From the NCBI RefSeq assembly GCF_000384255.1, contig NZ_KB913035.1:1784808-1848807 (forward strand): a stretch of 64,000 nt of DNA. The letters are read 5' to 3'. The DNA comes from Methylotenera mobilis 13. Lineage in GTDB: Bacteria; Pseudomonadota; Gammaproteobacteria; Burkholderiales; Methylophilaceae. A program made the position numbers and the translations under genes. The notes beneath the pieces were generated by a model. It did no database searches. It worked only from the letters and a program-made list of their open reading frames with translations, and had not been told where the DNA came from. The first letter of the stretch is position 1. Every line of letters starts with the position of its first letter. Shown piece after piece: positions 51,973 through 62,806 of this stretch.

Positions 51973-52773
51973 TTACGCAGCGTCAACTGCGGTTTTTAAT
52001 TCTTTCATCAATGCAGCGACATTCTCTAATAAATTATCATCATTAGAAGCTTCAATCTCCTGCACCATACGGCTACCTACAACAACCGCATCAGCAATCG
52101 CTGCTGTTGCCTTTGCTGTAGCTGCATCCCGTATACCAAAACCTACACCAACAGGTAGATTTGTTTGCTGACGGATAGAAGCTACGCGTGCAGAAACTTC
52201 TACAATATCTAAATTCGCAGCACCAGTAACTCCTTTAAGTGACACATAGTATACAAAGCCACTTGCCTGATTAACAATTAACTCAACACGCTTTGGTTCG
52301 GTGGTTGGTGACAACAAGAACACAGGATCGATATCACGTGCGCGTAACTCTTTAACAAACTCACCGCACTCTTCTGGCGGATAATCCACAGTAATGACAC
52401 CATCAACATCTGCAGCTTTTGCTCTGTCAGCAAACACTGTCGGCCCAATCGCTTCAATCGGATTAGCATATCCCATTAATACAATCGGCGTTGTTTGATT
52501 GGTTTGACGAAACTCTTTTACCATATCCAACACTGCCGTTAACCCAACCTTATGTACCAAAGCGCGCTCACTAGCACGCTGAATGACTGGGCCATCGGCC
52601 ATCGGATCTGAAAATGGCACGCCAAGCTCAATCATGTCTGCGCCATTTTTAACTAAAGTGTGCATTAGATTAACAGTATGCTTGGGATGCGGATCACCTG
52701 CCGTAATATAAGGGATCAAGGCTGTTTTACCTTGCTGTTTTAAAGTAGCAAAAGTTGTTTGAATTCGTGACAT
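51973..52773 (-). CDS. trpA: Tryptophan synthase alpha chain.
   Basis: 266 aa with the TrpA fold motifs. Confidence 0.9.
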   Translation of the reverse strand: MSRIQTTFATLKQQGKTALIPYITAGDPHPKHTVNLMHTLVKNGADMIELGVPFSDPMADGPVIQRASERALVHKVGLTAVLDMVKEFRQTNQTTPIVLMGYANPIEAIGPTVFADRAKAADVDGVITVDYPPEECGEFVKELRARDIDPVFLLSPTTEPKRVELIVNQASGFVYYVSLKGVTGAANLDIVEVSARVASIRQQTNLPVGVGFGIRDAATAKATAAIADAVVVGSRMVQEIEASNDDNLLENVAALMKELKTAVDAA

Positions 52774-52936
52774 AGGTAGCTTATTGTTGTACTAGTTAAT
52801 TTATCTAAAGCGAAGTTTTAATCAATTCACGCATGCTGCACAAAAATCATGATTAAGCTGTATTGTTTAAATAGAACTTAATCATGATGGATGTGAAGGT
52901 ATCTGACTGAAAAAGCTATCACCTTAACGTTAAGGT

Positions 52937-54139
52937 TTATAAAGTAATATTTGCAAGCTTAGCAACAGTGTTGATATCTTTATCCCCACGGCCAGATAAG
53001 TTGACCAACACAATTTGGTCTTTACTCATGGTTTTAGCCATTTTCTGTGCATGCGCAAGCGCATGACTAGATTCCAATGCTGGGATAATACCTTCTGTTC
53101 GACATAAATTATGGAATGCAGACATTGCCTCGTCATCAGTGATCGCTACATATTCTGCACGCTTAATGTCTTTCAGCCAAGCATGTTCTGGTCCTACTCC
53201 GGGGTAATCTAAACCGGCTGAAACGGAGTGCGTCTCAATAATCTGCCCATCTGCATCTTGCATCAAGTATGTACGGTTACCATGTAAAACACCAACCGGA
53301 CTATTCGCAGTAAGCGGCGCGGCATGCATTCCTGTCTCAATCCCATGTCCAGCAGCTTCTACACCAATTAATCTAACATTAGGCACGTCAATATAAGGAT
53401 AAAATATACCCATCGCATTTGAGCCACCACCAACACAGGCAACAACAGCATCTGGCTGACGTCCAGCCATTTCCATCATTTGCTCTTTTGCTTCTACGCC
53501 AATCACTGCTTGAAAATCTCGTACCATCATTGGATATGGATGAGGGCCTGCAACGGTGCCAATGATATAAAAAGTATTATGAACGTTAGTCACCCAATCA
53601 CGCATCGCTTCATTGAGTGCATCTTTAAGTGTTTTAGATCCACTTTCAACAGGCACAACTGTAGCACCTAAGAGTTTCATCCTGAATACATTAGGTGCCT
53701 GACGCTTAACGTCTTCACTACCCATATATACCACACACTCTAATCCCAAACGAGCGGCAATAGTAGCTGTAGCAACGCCATGTTGCCCTGCGCCAGTCTC
53801 AGCAATTACTCTAGGTTTGCCCATGCGCTTAGCTAGTAAAGCCTGACCAATTGTATTATTGATTTTGTGCGCACCAGTGTGGTTTAAATCCTCACGCTTC
53901 AAGAAGATTTGAGCACCACCAATTTGATCAGATAATCGTTTTGCATGGTAAATCGGGCTTGGACGGCCAACAAAGTGCTTTAAATCATACGCGTATTCAG
54001 CTAAGAACTCAGGATCATGACGGTACTTTTCGTACATCACACGCAGTTCATCAAGTGCCTCAACCAATGTTTCCGCGACAAACGTTCCACCGAACTGTCC
54101 AAAATGCCCACGTGCATCTGGCATATCATAAAGCTGCAT
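52937..54139 (-). CDS. trpB: Tryptophan synthase beta chain.
   Basis: PLP-binding motif HTGAHKINN plus the GGGSNA motif. Confidence 0.95.
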   Translation of the reverse strand: MQLYDMPDARGHFGQFGGTFVAETLVEALDELRVMYEKYRHDPEFLAEYAYDLKHFVGRPSPIYHAKRLSDQIGGAQIFLKREDLNHTGAHKINNTIGQALLAKRMGKPRVIAETGAGQHGVATATIAARLGLECVVYMGSEDVKRQAPNVFRMKLLGATVVPVESGSKTLKDALNEAMRDWVTNVHNTFYIIGTVAGPHPYPMMVRDFQAVIGVEAKEQMMEMAGRQPDAVVACVGGGSNAMGIFYPYIDVPNVRLIGVEAAGHGIETGMHAAPLTANSPVGVLHGNRTYLMQDADGQIIETHSVSAGLDYPGVGPEHAWLKDIKRAEYVAITDDEAMSAFHNLCRTEGIIPALESSHALAHAQKMAKTMSKDQIVLVNLSGRGDKDINTVAKLANITL

Positions 54140-54194
54140 ATTTAATCTCCACTTAAACTCACCGCACTCTGTTTAAATTACAAATAGGTTTCAA

Positions 54195-54815
54195 TTACAA
54201 ATAGACTTGTTGCATAAATGCAGCAATTTTTGCCGCATCTTTAATTCCTTTTGACAATTCCACACCACCACTTACATCAACAGCATAAGGCTTGACTTGT
54301 TGAATGGCTGAACCAACATTCTCCGCTGTTAACCCGCCAGCTAAAACGACAGGCTTATTCAAATCCGAAGGGATTAAACCCCAATCAAATGTATGCCCTG
54401 TTCCTCCAGCAACACCTTCGGTATAGGTATCTAACAACAATGCTCTGGATGCAGAATAATCTTTCGCACATTGTACCAAATTTGTGTCTGACTTAACGCG
54501 AATTGCCTTCATAAAAGGTAAGCCATAGCTTGAGCATTCTTCAGGTGCTTCATCTCCATGAAACTGAAGTAAGTCTAACGCAACATTCGAAATTACATCA
54601 CGAACGAAACGCTCTTCCGCATTTACAAACAAGCCAACGATACTGATAAACGCCGGGATTTGACTAACAATTTTAATAGCCTGCTCGACAGACACTGCTC
54701 GAGGGCTTGGCTCATAAAAAACCAAACCTATCGCATCGGCACCGTTTTCGACAGCTACCAAGGCATCTTCTACCCTCGTAATTCCACAGATCTTAACTCT
54801 GACTCTCAAATCCAT
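54195..54815 (-). CDS. trpF: Phosphoribosylanthranilate isomerase.
   Basis: Start trimmed to ATG ([13 protein letters not shown]), the canonical TrpF N-terminus. Confidence 0.85.
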   Translation of the reverse strand: MDLRVRVKICGITRVEDALVAVENGADAIGLVFYEPSPRAVSVEQAIKIVSQIPAFISIVGLFVNAEERFVRDVISNVALDLLQFHGDEAPEECSSYGLPFMKAIRVKSDTNLVQCAKDYSASRALLLDTYTEGVAGGTGHTFDWGLIPSDLNKPVVLAGGLTAENVGSAIQQVKPYAVDVSGGVELSKGIKDAAKIAAFMQQVYL

Positions 54816-54885
54816 ATCCTTTAACACGCGTAACAAAAGTCACTGAACATTAACCACTGCTAATAGAGACGGTGCCATTGTAACG

Positions 54886-55671
54886 CTAAACTAATATTTT
54901 CAAGCCCGGCTGAGTGCTTTTTGGCAATCCCCACCTCTCGTCATACCCAACATCTGTTAAATACAAACCGCTTGGAGAAAAAGTTGGTGGCGATAATGTA
55001 CGATCCTTATTTTGCAATAGCACTTGCATATAACTGGGTGGGTATTTACCTTTTCCAATATAAATTAACGCGCCAACCATATTACGTACCTGATGCTGTA
55101 AAAATGCATTTGCTGAAAAATTGAACAGGAAGTATTGCCCAGCATTTAGAACATCTGCTTTAGATAAGGTTCTAACAGCTGTTTTTGCCTGACATTCAGA
55201 TGCACGAAAAGCAGTAAAGTCATGCTCGCCAACCAAATACGTGGCAGCTTCTCGCATTGCTGCATAATCTAAAGGCAAATGAAACCAACCTGCTTTACTA
55301 GCCATTACCGCTGAAGCTACTGGTGCGTTGTATAGCAAATACTGATAACTCCTACTGAGTGCAGAAAATCTTGCATGGAAGTCTTCACCCACTTCATGCG
55401 CCCATTCTACTCGCACAGTTTCAGGCAAATGCGCATTAACTCCACGCACCCACGCAGATAATGGGCGATTTGCATCAGTTTCAAAATGTACAACTTGACC
55501 TAACCCATGAACACCCGTATCCGTTCGGCCTGCCGCATGTATTCTAACCTGATGTTGCGCAACCCTTTGAATCGCAGCTTCTAATGCATCTTGCACTCCA
55601 CAAGCTGACGGCTGACTCTGCCATCCGCAAAACAGCGAACCATCATAAGTTACCCCTAAAGCAACTTTCAC
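54886..55671 (-). CDS. truA: tRNA pseudouridine(38-40) synthase.
   Basis: Motifs GVTYDGSLFCGWQ.. and RTDTGVHG (catalytic Asp). GTG start that overlaps the upstream gene's stop. Confidence 0.85.
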   Translation of the reverse strand: MKVALGVTYDGSLFCGWQSQPSACGVQDALEAAIQRVAQHQVRIHAAGRTDTGVHGLGQVVHFETDANRPLSAWVRGVNAHLPETVRVEWAHEVGEDFHARFSALSRSYQYLLYNAPVASAVMASKAGWFHLPLDYAAMREAATYLVGEHDFTAFRASECQAKTAVRTLSKADVLNAGQYFLFNFSANAFLQHQVRNMVGALIYIGKGKYPPSYMQVLLQNKDRTLSPPTFSPSGLYLTDVGYDERWGLPKSTQPGLKILV

Positions 55672-56393
55672 AAAAACCTCATCGCAATCATTACTCCTAG
55701 AACAAACAACATAAGCACCATCACAACTTTATCTATTGAGTTGAAGTGTTTCTTTTCAAAATACACAATATCAACCATTGGTATTGCTTCTAGCTCACTA
55801 TGAATATCATTAAAATGCCTAAAACTAAAATTTGCCTTACCACTAACCGCAACTTCATCAACATAATTAAGTGTCAGTAATAAGCGAACTGAAAACCTCT
55901 CAACATCAAGACCAACGTACTTTAGCGGCTGTAGTAATATATACAACGCCAACATCAACTCATCTTTCTTTGTAGTGACTAGTAATATATTTAATGCCGC
56001 TAACGCAATTAGCAACCTAGATATTTGTAACAGAGCAAGATGCAACCCCTCAAAACTTGGCGCAACACTGACTGGAAAATGAGGAACCAACTCTCCCGGA
56101 GTGCCGAATGCATAGATCAAGAAAATTGAAAAGAAAAACCAGCGCGCTCGTCTTAATGTGGTCCAAAAAACCTTGAACTGCATTTTAACTGCCGCGATAA
56201 AAAGTATCAGCAGTATTGCTATTAGCAATTGAGAATCAGCAATCCCAGCAGCGATTAATATTAATAAAAACATTAACATCTTAACAAAAGGATGCATATT
56301 TAATAAATCCATCGTAAACAAATCATTGGTAGCAACGTATACTTTTAGAGTAACTAAACCTAAATAGCGGTAAAGAACAAAAAGGCCGAGCAT
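55668..56393 (-). CDS. Hypothetical polytopic inner-membrane protein.
   Basis: 241 aa with about 6 hydrophobic segments. Translationally coupled (GTGA) to truA. No motif recognised. Confidence 0.4.
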   Translation of the reverse strand: MLGLFVLYRYLGLVTLKVYVATNDLFTMDLLNMHPFVKMLMFLLILIAAGIADSQLLIAILLILFIAAVKMQFKVFWTTLRRARWFFFSIFLIYAFGTPGELVPHFPVSVAPSFEGLHLALLQISRLLIALAALNILLVTTKKDELMLALYILLQPLKYVGLDVERFSVRLLLTLNYVDEVAVSGKANFSFRHFNDIHSELEAIPMVDIVYFEKKHFNSIDKVVMVLMLFVLGVMIAMRFL

Positions 56394-56422
56394 TAAGCTC
56401 GGCCTTTTTGTGTAAACTAACC

Positions 56423-59400
56423 CTATAAACCTGCTAACAACTGCTCAGCTTTTAATTTCTGCTGTGGCCCACCCTCTTTTAGCACTTCCTCAAGTAGCTC
56501 GCGTGCACCCTCTTTGTCGTCCATATCGATATACGCAGCCACCAAGTCCAGCTTAATATCAACATCTTGATTTTCTGAACTAACAGCTTCAGAAGCTATA
56601 GGTGAATCAAGACCACTATCGTCAGCATCTTCAAGCAATGATTGCGTATCATCATCACCTAAATCTAAACTTATGGCAGAAAAGTCAAACTCATTGCTAG
56701 CAACATCGCTGACAGCGTCTTTAGTATCGATTGGCGCTGTGTCTGCTTCATCTAATGAAAAATCAAAGTTCACACTTTCATTTGAAGATTGCAAATTTAC
56801 ATTATCAATCTCTGGATGATCAATGAGCGGCAGACTACCATCAAAGCTGGTACCCTCAATTTTATCTGATGGAACATCAAATGATATTTCCATGGGAGTG
56901 TCTGGAATTTCAAAAGCCACTGGTTCTGAATCTGAAGTAGAGAAGTCTATTGCAGAATTATCCGCAATACTAAACTCTTCATTGAATGCTATCGGAGTAC
57001 TACCCTCAGATTCGCTTGAAAACTCAATATTAGGTGCCGTATCAAGAAACGATGGCACTTCAAAAGAATCAGCACCACTTGCTATTGCCTCAGTCTCGGG
57101 ATTAACAGGCGTTGCTTCAACCAACTCAGCATCAGAAGCGAATGTAAACTCTAAGGTATTATCTTCAACTGTTGCAGTTGACTCATCAGTCGCAGCACTA
57201 TCAGCGAGCACCACTTCCTCAGCTTGTTTATCGTCTATCTCCGCTGAGGGAACATCTGGCACACCCAAATCAAACTCAAGCCCTTCGTCAACAGCCTGAG
57301 CTGAGCTAAAGCTTTCCATCACGACCGAACTTGGGCTAACCTCAGTTGTAGTCTCGCCAGCAAATAGCGCCGGCTTAACTTCTTCAGTAATTTGGAACTC
57401 ATTCTTTGGTTCAGATGAAGTGTTAGGCTCATCATCTAAAGAGAAATCTAAACTAACGTCGTCTTGGTGTGATAACACCGCACTCGCTACTGCGCCAGCC
57501 TGAACAGCCATTACTGATGGCGCTGAGGCAGGAAGACTAGAGATATCATAAAGCGGATTTTCAGGCTCTAACTTTTGACCCATTTCCGCAACTTTTGCCC
57601 ATGTAGGATCATCCGCACCTAAAGTAGTATACAACTCTCCCGCAACTGCCTCAAATGCAGAGACATCTTTACGGCCAGCATACATTTCCAAGAGTTTCAG
57701 ATGTAACTCATACCGCTTTGGTTCTTTAACGATAGCATCTTTAAGTATTTCTTCAGCTTGAGCATCACGTCCATAAGCCATATAAACTTCAGCTTCAGCG
57801 ATTGGATCAACATCATTGGTGTCTATCATGCTGCCATCTGCACTCTGTGCAAAATCAGTCAGGAACGATGTATCTGAGGTGCTTGAGTTACCAGTGGTAT
57901 TACCAAATACAGTATTTGCACGTAAGCCACCTGAGGTAAGAATACCACGCTCAAAGCTATCTAACTCTTTTCTACGCTTATTACGTAAAAACAACCAGCC
58001 AGCAGCTAACACTACTAAGGCAGATGTGCCGCCTAGCAATTTAATATCAAGACCTGACAGAAGGCTTTCAATGAAAGATGGCTCTTGAACAGGCTCAGGT
58101 GGAGGAACTTTGGCTGCTTGTTTTTTTGGCTGAGCCTTGACCTCAGGTTTTGTTTCAGCAGGCTTCTCCACTGCCGGCTTTTCAGCAACAGGCTCAGAAT
58201 TTACTTCTGCGTTTTTCTGCAACTCAGTCATGGTCTGATTTTTCAGCGCCAACAACTTTTGCATATCCTCAATTTGTTTTTCTAATGCTGCAGCACGAGA
58301 CAAGGACTCCTTAAGCGCGTTCTCACGTGCAGTCGCTTCTTCCTGTAATGCGATAATTTTTGCATCAGCTTCTGCAGTGCCTGATTTTTGGCTAGTAACG
58401 GCATTCTTTTCGCCTGCGGAAAGTTTTACAACATCCTGGACGCCTGGCTTAACAGCAGCAGACTTATCTTCTGCTGAAGCAATTTTCCCTGATGCTGATT
58501 GCTTAGGCTCACTCTCCTCCGAGGCTAACGCAGTTTTTACATTACCTGCAAGAGCGTTGCGGTAAGCGTTCCAGTTGGATGCATGCACTTTAAGTGCTTG
58601 TTTTGCCTGGTTAGGATCAATTGCAGTTAATGCTTCAGTAGAAGGCGCTTTAATAATTTGCCCAACTTTAAGTTGGTTCATATTATTATTAGCAAAAGCT
58701 GACTTGTTGTTTTCAAACAATCCCACCAACATTTGGTCAAGACTTACACCATCAACCTGCATTTTTTGCGCTATTGCAGCTAATGTATCTCCACGTTTAG
58801 TGGTAAGTTCATCTACGTCAACTTCTTTTTGCGCCAAGTCTTCAGGCTTAGCCGTACTAATTTTTTTCTTTGAAGTTTTGCTTGTATTTGGCGTTAAAGT
58901 CTTCTGTGTATTAGAGTCAGCGAGTACACCTGAGGTAGCGCTTGGCTTGATAATTGGCACAAAATCAGAAGCAGCATTAGCCGCCTGCTTGTACTCAGGA
59001 GGATCGAGTAAAACCGTATACTCACGTAACAAACGTCCAGATGCCCAGTCTACTTGAATCAACATATCCAAATATGGATCATTGATTGGCGTACTAGAAC
59101 GAATTCTTAGAATTGGGGCGCCAGTGTCACTTTTAGCGAGGTCAACCTTGATATTATTATGAACGCCAAGGCGGGTAATCCCTTGCACATTATATGCCTC
59201 TTCCGAAGCAATCGCAGCTGTCAAGGTGGATAGCTCTTCTGGAGTAACAGAGAGAAGCTCAACGTCTACTTTTAATGGCTCACCCAACCCTGAATTAACA
59301 TTTAGTTTCCCTAAGCCTGCTGTGTAGCCAACCATTGGCATAAATGCCATGCAGACCGCTAACGAAATTTGCTTTATTTTTGATTTACGCACATCGCTAC

Positions 59401-59425
59401 CTTTAAACGTACTAAATATTTGCAA
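56423..59425 (-). CDS. fimV: FimV-like peptidoglycan-binding pilus-assembly/polar-landmark protein.
   Basis: N-terminal FimV domain, LysM (GDTLAAIAQK..), a TM, an acidic repetitive middle and a C-terminal FimV motif (LLEEVLKEGG..). Conserved asd-fimV-truA synteny. Start uncertain (TTG, or the GTG at VRKSK). Confidence 0.8.
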   Translation of the reverse strand: MQIFSTFKGSDVRKSKIKQISLAVCMAFMPMVGYTAGLGKLNVNSGLGEPLKVDVELLSVTPEELSTLTAAIASEEAYNVQGITRLGVHNNIKVDLAKSDTGAPILRIRSSTPINDPYLDMLIQVDWASGRLLREYTVLLDPPEYKQAANAASDFVPIIKPSATSGVLADSNTQKTLTPNTSKTSKKKISTAKPEDLAQKEVDVDELTTKRGDTLAAIAQKMQVDGVSLDQMLVGLFENNKSAFANNNMNQLKVGQIIKAPSTEALTAIDPNQAKQALKVHASNWNAYRNALAGNVKTALASEESEPKQSASGKIASAEDKSAAVKPGVQDVVKLSAGEKNAVTSQKSGTAEADAKIIALQEEATARENALKESLSRAAALEKQIEDMQKLLALKNQTMTELQKNAEVNSEPVAEKPAVEKPAETKPEVKAQPKKQAAKVPPPEPVQEPSFIESLLSGLDIKLLGGTSALVVLAAGWLFLRNKRRKELDSFERGILTSGGLRANTVFGNTTGNSSTSDTSFLTDFAQSADGSMIDTNDVDPIAEAEVYMAYGRDAQAEEILKDAIVKEPKRYELHLKLLEMYAGRKDVSAFEAVAGELYTTLGADDPTWAKVAEMGQKLEPENPLYDISSLPASAPSVMAVQAGAVASAVLSHQDDVSLDFSLDDEPNTSSEPKNEFQITEEVKPALFAGETTTEVSPSSVVMESFSSAQAVDEGLEFDLGVPDVPSAEIDDKQAEEVVLADSAATDESTATVEDNTLEFTFASDAELVEATPVNPETEAIASGADSFEVPSFLDTAPNIEFSSESEGSTPIAFNEEFSIADNSAIDFSTSDSEPVAFEIPDTPMEISFDVPSDKIEGTSFDGSLPLIDHPEIDNVNLQSSNESVNFDFSLDEADTAPIDTKDAVSDVASNEFDFSAISLDLGDDDTQSLLEDADDSGLDSPIASEAVSSENQDVDIKLDLVAAYIDMDDKEGARELLEEVLKEGGPQQKLKAEQLLAGL

Positions 59426-59543
59426 TATGAAAATAACATCAAATAGTTAGGTATGCAAGCTCATAATGCACATTATATTTAGCCATTATCTGGCAGCGGC
59501 ATTTAATACGATGTTTTTATCATCCAGATTTCTCTGGATTAAT

Positions 59544-60656
59544 TTATTTTTCTATTAGAATCCGCAACATACGACGTAACGGCTCTGCCGCACCCCATAG
59601 CAGCTGGTCACCCACTGTAAACGCTGACAAGTAGTCGTTACCCATATTAAGCTTACGCAACCTACCCACTGGGGTGATTAACGTGCCTGTCACGGCGGCT
59701 GGCGTTAACTCACGCATGCTCACTTCACGCTCATTGGGAATCACTTTTGCCCATTGATTGGCCTCAGCCAACATTTGGCTGATTTCATCTACTGGCACAT
59801 CTTTTTTAAGCTTAATTGTTAAAGCTTGGCTATGACAACGCATTGCGCCGATACGCACACACAGACCATCAATCAGCACAGGGTTAGCTTCACGACCTAG
59901 AATCTTATTAGTTTCAACGCCGCCTTTCCACTCTTCTTTACTTTGGCCGTTGCCTAAGTCTTTATCAATCCAAGGAATAAGGCTTCCCGCCAAAGGCACG
60001 CCAAACTGTGCAGTAGGGAATCGTTCATCACGCAATGTACCAGCCACTTCTCTGTCAATATCTAAGATTGCAGATGCAGGATCTTTCAGGAAATCGCTTG
60101 CTACACGGTGCGCCTCACCCATTTGATTAAGCAGTTCACGCATATTCTGTGCACCTGCACCAGAAGCTGCCTGATAGGTCATTGATGTTGCCCACTCGAC
60201 CAAATCAGCTTTGAACAAGCCATTTAAAGCCATTAGCATTAGCGACACTGTACAGTTACCACCCACCCAGTTTTTATTGCCATGAGCATAAGCGTCTTTT
60301 ATCACATGCATATTGACTGGATCTAGCACAATCACAGCATCACTCTCCATACGCAATGTTGAGGCCGCATCAATCCAGTGTCCGCTCCAGCCAGCTGCAC
60401 GTAATTTAGGGAAAATATCAGTGGTATAGTCGCCACCTTGGCAAGACACAATAGCATCCATCGCCTTAAGCGCATTAACGTCTTTAGCATCTAGCAATGC
60501 TGGCGTTTCTTTGCCAACATTTGGCCCTTTACCGCCAACTTGAGAGGTTGTGAAAAATTGCGGCTCAATGAGTGCAAAGTCATTTTCTTCTAACATACGT
60601 TGCATCAGAACAGAACCAACCATGCCACGCCAGCCTACAAAACCTACTTTAAGCAT
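59544..60656 (-). CDS. asd: Aspartate-semialdehyde dehydrogenase.
   Basis: Start trimmed to ATG ([21 protein letters not shown]), matching E. coli Asd. Confidence 0.9.
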   Translation of the reverse strand: MLKVGFVGWRGMVGSVLMQRMLEENDFALIEPQFFTTSQVGGKGPNVGKETPALLDAKDVNALKAMDAIVSCQGGDYTTDIFPKLRAAGWSGHWIDAASTLRMESDAVIVLDPVNMHVIKDAYAHGNKNWVGGNCTVSLMLMALNGLFKADLVEWATSMTYQAASGAGAQNMRELLNQMGEAHRVASDFLKDPASAILDIDREVAGTLRDERFPTAQFGVPLAGSLIPWIDKDLGNGQSKEEWKGGVETNKILGREANPVLIDGLCVRIGAMRCHSQALTIKLKKDVPVDEISQMLAEANQWAKVIPNEREVSMRELTPAAVTGTLITPVGRLRKLNMGNDYLSAFTVGDQLLWGAAEPLRRMLRILIEK

Positions 60657-60776
60657 TTTATTTTCCACTTTTAATAATTAACGATTGCTGATATATATCC
60701 AGCAGGGTATCAATAAAAACTCTACCTACACTAACGCCAAGCTAGCAAAGATTAAACTCAAACTCGCCTAGTGAGA

Positions 60777-61832
60777 TTAGAGTGCCGCAACTACCGCATC
60801 GCCCATTGCACGACAGCCAACTTTAGTTGAACCTTCTGTCCAGATGTCAGCTGTTCTGTAGCCTTGCGCAAGCGCTTTTTTGACTGCATTTTCTACTCGC
60901 TGTGCATTTGCCTCATCGTTAAATGTATAACGTAGCATCATCGCAACTGAAAGAATTGTTGCTAATGGATTTGCAATATCTTTACCTGCAATATCTGGCG
61001 CTGAACCATGGCTCGGCTCATACATACCTTTATTATTCTCATCTAAAGAGGCTGAAGGCAACATACCGATTGATCCTGTAAGCATAGATGCTTCGTCAGA
61101 CAAGATGTCACCAAAAATATTGCCTGTTACCATCACATCAAACTGCTTAGGTGCACGAATTAACTGCATGGCTGCATTATCTACATACATATGGCTCAAT
61201 TCGACCTCAGGATAGTCAGCCGATAACTCAATCATGACTTGACGCCATAACTCAGTTGCTTCTAGCACGTTAGCCTTATCCACAGAGCACACTTTTTTAT
61301 TACGCTTCATCGCAATATCAAAAGCCACACGCCCAATACGACGAATCTCAGATTCGTTATAGCGCATTGTATTTACGCCCTCACGCTCGCCATTCTCTAA
61401 TTTAGAAATACCTCGTGGTTGACCAAAGTAAATGTCACCAGTTAACTCACGAACAATCATGATGTCTAACCCTGAAACCACTTCTGGCTTCAATGTAGAT
61501 GCAGAAGCTAGCTCTGGGTACAACAATGCGGGACGCAAGTTGGCAAACAAGTTAAGTTCTTTACGAATACGTAATAAACCACGTTCAGGGCGCAAGTGAC
61601 GCTCAAGTTTATCGTACTTCCAGTCACCAACTGCGCCTAATAAAACAGCATCAGACTCCTTAGCCAACTTCAATGTTGCATCTGGCAAAGGATCGCCTGA
61701 AGCTTCATAACCGGCACCGCCAATTGGTGCCTCAGTCATGCTAATGCCCAAATTAAGCGCATTTAAAACTTTAACGGCTTGTGCAACGATTTCTGGACCA
61801 ATACCATCACCTGGCAATACTGCAATTTTCAT
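60777..61832 (-). CDS. leuB: 3-isopropylmalate dehydrogenase.
   Basis: 351 aa starting [15 protein letters not shown]. Confidence 0.95.
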   Translation of the reverse strand: MKIAVLPGDGIGPEIVAQAVKVLNALNLGISMTEAPIGGAGYEASGDPLPDATLKLAKESDAVLLGAVGDWKYDKLERHLRPERGLLRIRKELNLFANLRPALLYPELASASTLKPEVVSGLDIMIVRELTGDIYFGQPRGISKLENGEREGVNTMRYNESEIRRIGRVAFDIAMKRNKKVCSVDKANVLEATELWRQVMIELSADYPEVELSHMYVDNAAMQLIRAPKQFDVMVTGNIFGDILSDEASMLTGSIGMLPSASLDENNKGMYEPSHGSAPDIAGKDIANPLATILSVAMMLRYTFNDEANAQRVENAVKKALAQGYRTADIWTEGSTKVGCRAMGDAVVAAL

Positions 61833-61943
61833 GAAATGACTTTCTTAAACTTTTAATTAACTTAACTAAATTTGAATGTGAAAAAGAGCGATGTTTCTGA
61901 GCTTTTTTCAACGAAACTTCAATGACTACAATTAGTAATGGCT

Positions 61944-62582
61944 TTAGTTAAATAGCCATGGCTGTGCTTGTTGGTGCTTAAGCTCAAACGCCTTAATTTT
62001 ATCCTGTTGTTGCATTGTTAAACCGATATCATCTAATCCGTTTAACAAGCAATGCTTACGGAAAGCATCTACTTCAAATGGATGAACTTCACCTGCAGGC
62101 GTTGTAATCGTTTGCGCACTTAAATCAATATTAAGTTTATAGCCCTCAGTCACGCTCACTTGATTAAACAACCCATCCACAACATCTGCTTTTAAGACAA
62201 TAGGCAACATGCCATTTTTGAAGCAATTGTTAAAGAAAATATCGGCAAAGCTAGGTGCAATAATCACCTTGAAGCCGTAATCTTCCAACGCCCATGGCGC
62301 ATGCTCTCTGCTAGAGCCGCATCCAAAGTTCTCACGTGTAAGCAATACACTAGCGCCTTGATAGCGCGACTGATTTAACACAAAATCAGGGTTTATCGGA
62401 CGCTTGCTATTATCCATACCTGGCTCACCTTGGTCTAAATAACGCCACTCATCAAATGCGTTTGGACCGAAGCCACTACGTTTGATTGATTTTAAAAACT
62501 GCTTAGGAATAATAGCGTCCGTATCCACATTAGCGCGGTCCAACGGTGCTACCAATCCATTCAATTGCGTAAAAGCTTGCAT
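61944..62582 (-). CDS. leuD: 3-isopropylmalate dehydratase small subunit.
   Basis: 212 aa with LeuD motifs. Confidence 0.9.
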   Translation of the reverse strand: MQAFTQLNGLVAPLDRANVDTDAIIPKQFLKSIKRSGFGPNAFDEWRYLDQGEPGMDNSKRPINPDFVLNQSRYQGASVLLTRENFGCGSSREHAPWALEDYGFKVIIAPSFADIFFNNCFKNGMLPIVLKADVVDGLFNQVSVTEGYKLNIDLSAQTITTPAGEVHPFEVDAFRKHCLLNGLDDIGLTMQQQDKIKAFELKHQQAQPWLFN

Positions 62583-62666
62583 GTTATTTTCTTAAGTATT
62601 AGTTAATAATCTAGTTTAAATCTTTGAGTGTTCCCAAAGGGCTACCTCAAGCTAGCTAGGTTGTAT

Positions 62667-62786
62667 TTAGTTCGCTGACTTCTGGATGGCTTCGCCACCT
62701 TTTTCTAAGTCTTTACCAATACCAGCCACAGTATTACAAGCTGACAATGCGACCGCGATCATGATAAGAAACAAGAATTTTTTCAT
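62667..62786 (-). CDS. Entericidin (EcnA/EcnB) family small lipoprotein, 39 aa.
   Basis: Hand-translated MKKFLFLIMIAVALSACNTVAGIGKDLEKGGEAIQKSAN. Lipobox L-S-A-C, then NT..G.G.D...G. The antisense 62-aa track ORF is spurious. Confidence 0.7.
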   Translation of the reverse strand: MKKFLFLIMIAVALSACNTVAGIGKDLEKGGEAIQKSAN

Positions 62787-62806
62787 AAACCATCCCTTTA
62801 TTAAAG

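Noticed and set aside
813-58565. Numerous 60-160-aa track ORFs antisense to or frame-shifted within large conserved genes (for example 1768-2148, 13388-13810, 56823-57299, 58575-59057).
   Set aside because: All are embedded in genes with strong homology-based calls. They are low-complexity or Ser/Ala/Leu-rich shadow ORFs typical of six-frame translation.
59520-59543. Small hairpin tccag/ctgga with a T-rich tail between asd and fimV.
   Set aside because: The stem is only 5-6 bp, and the U-tract is on the plus strand whereas both flanking genes are minus-strand.
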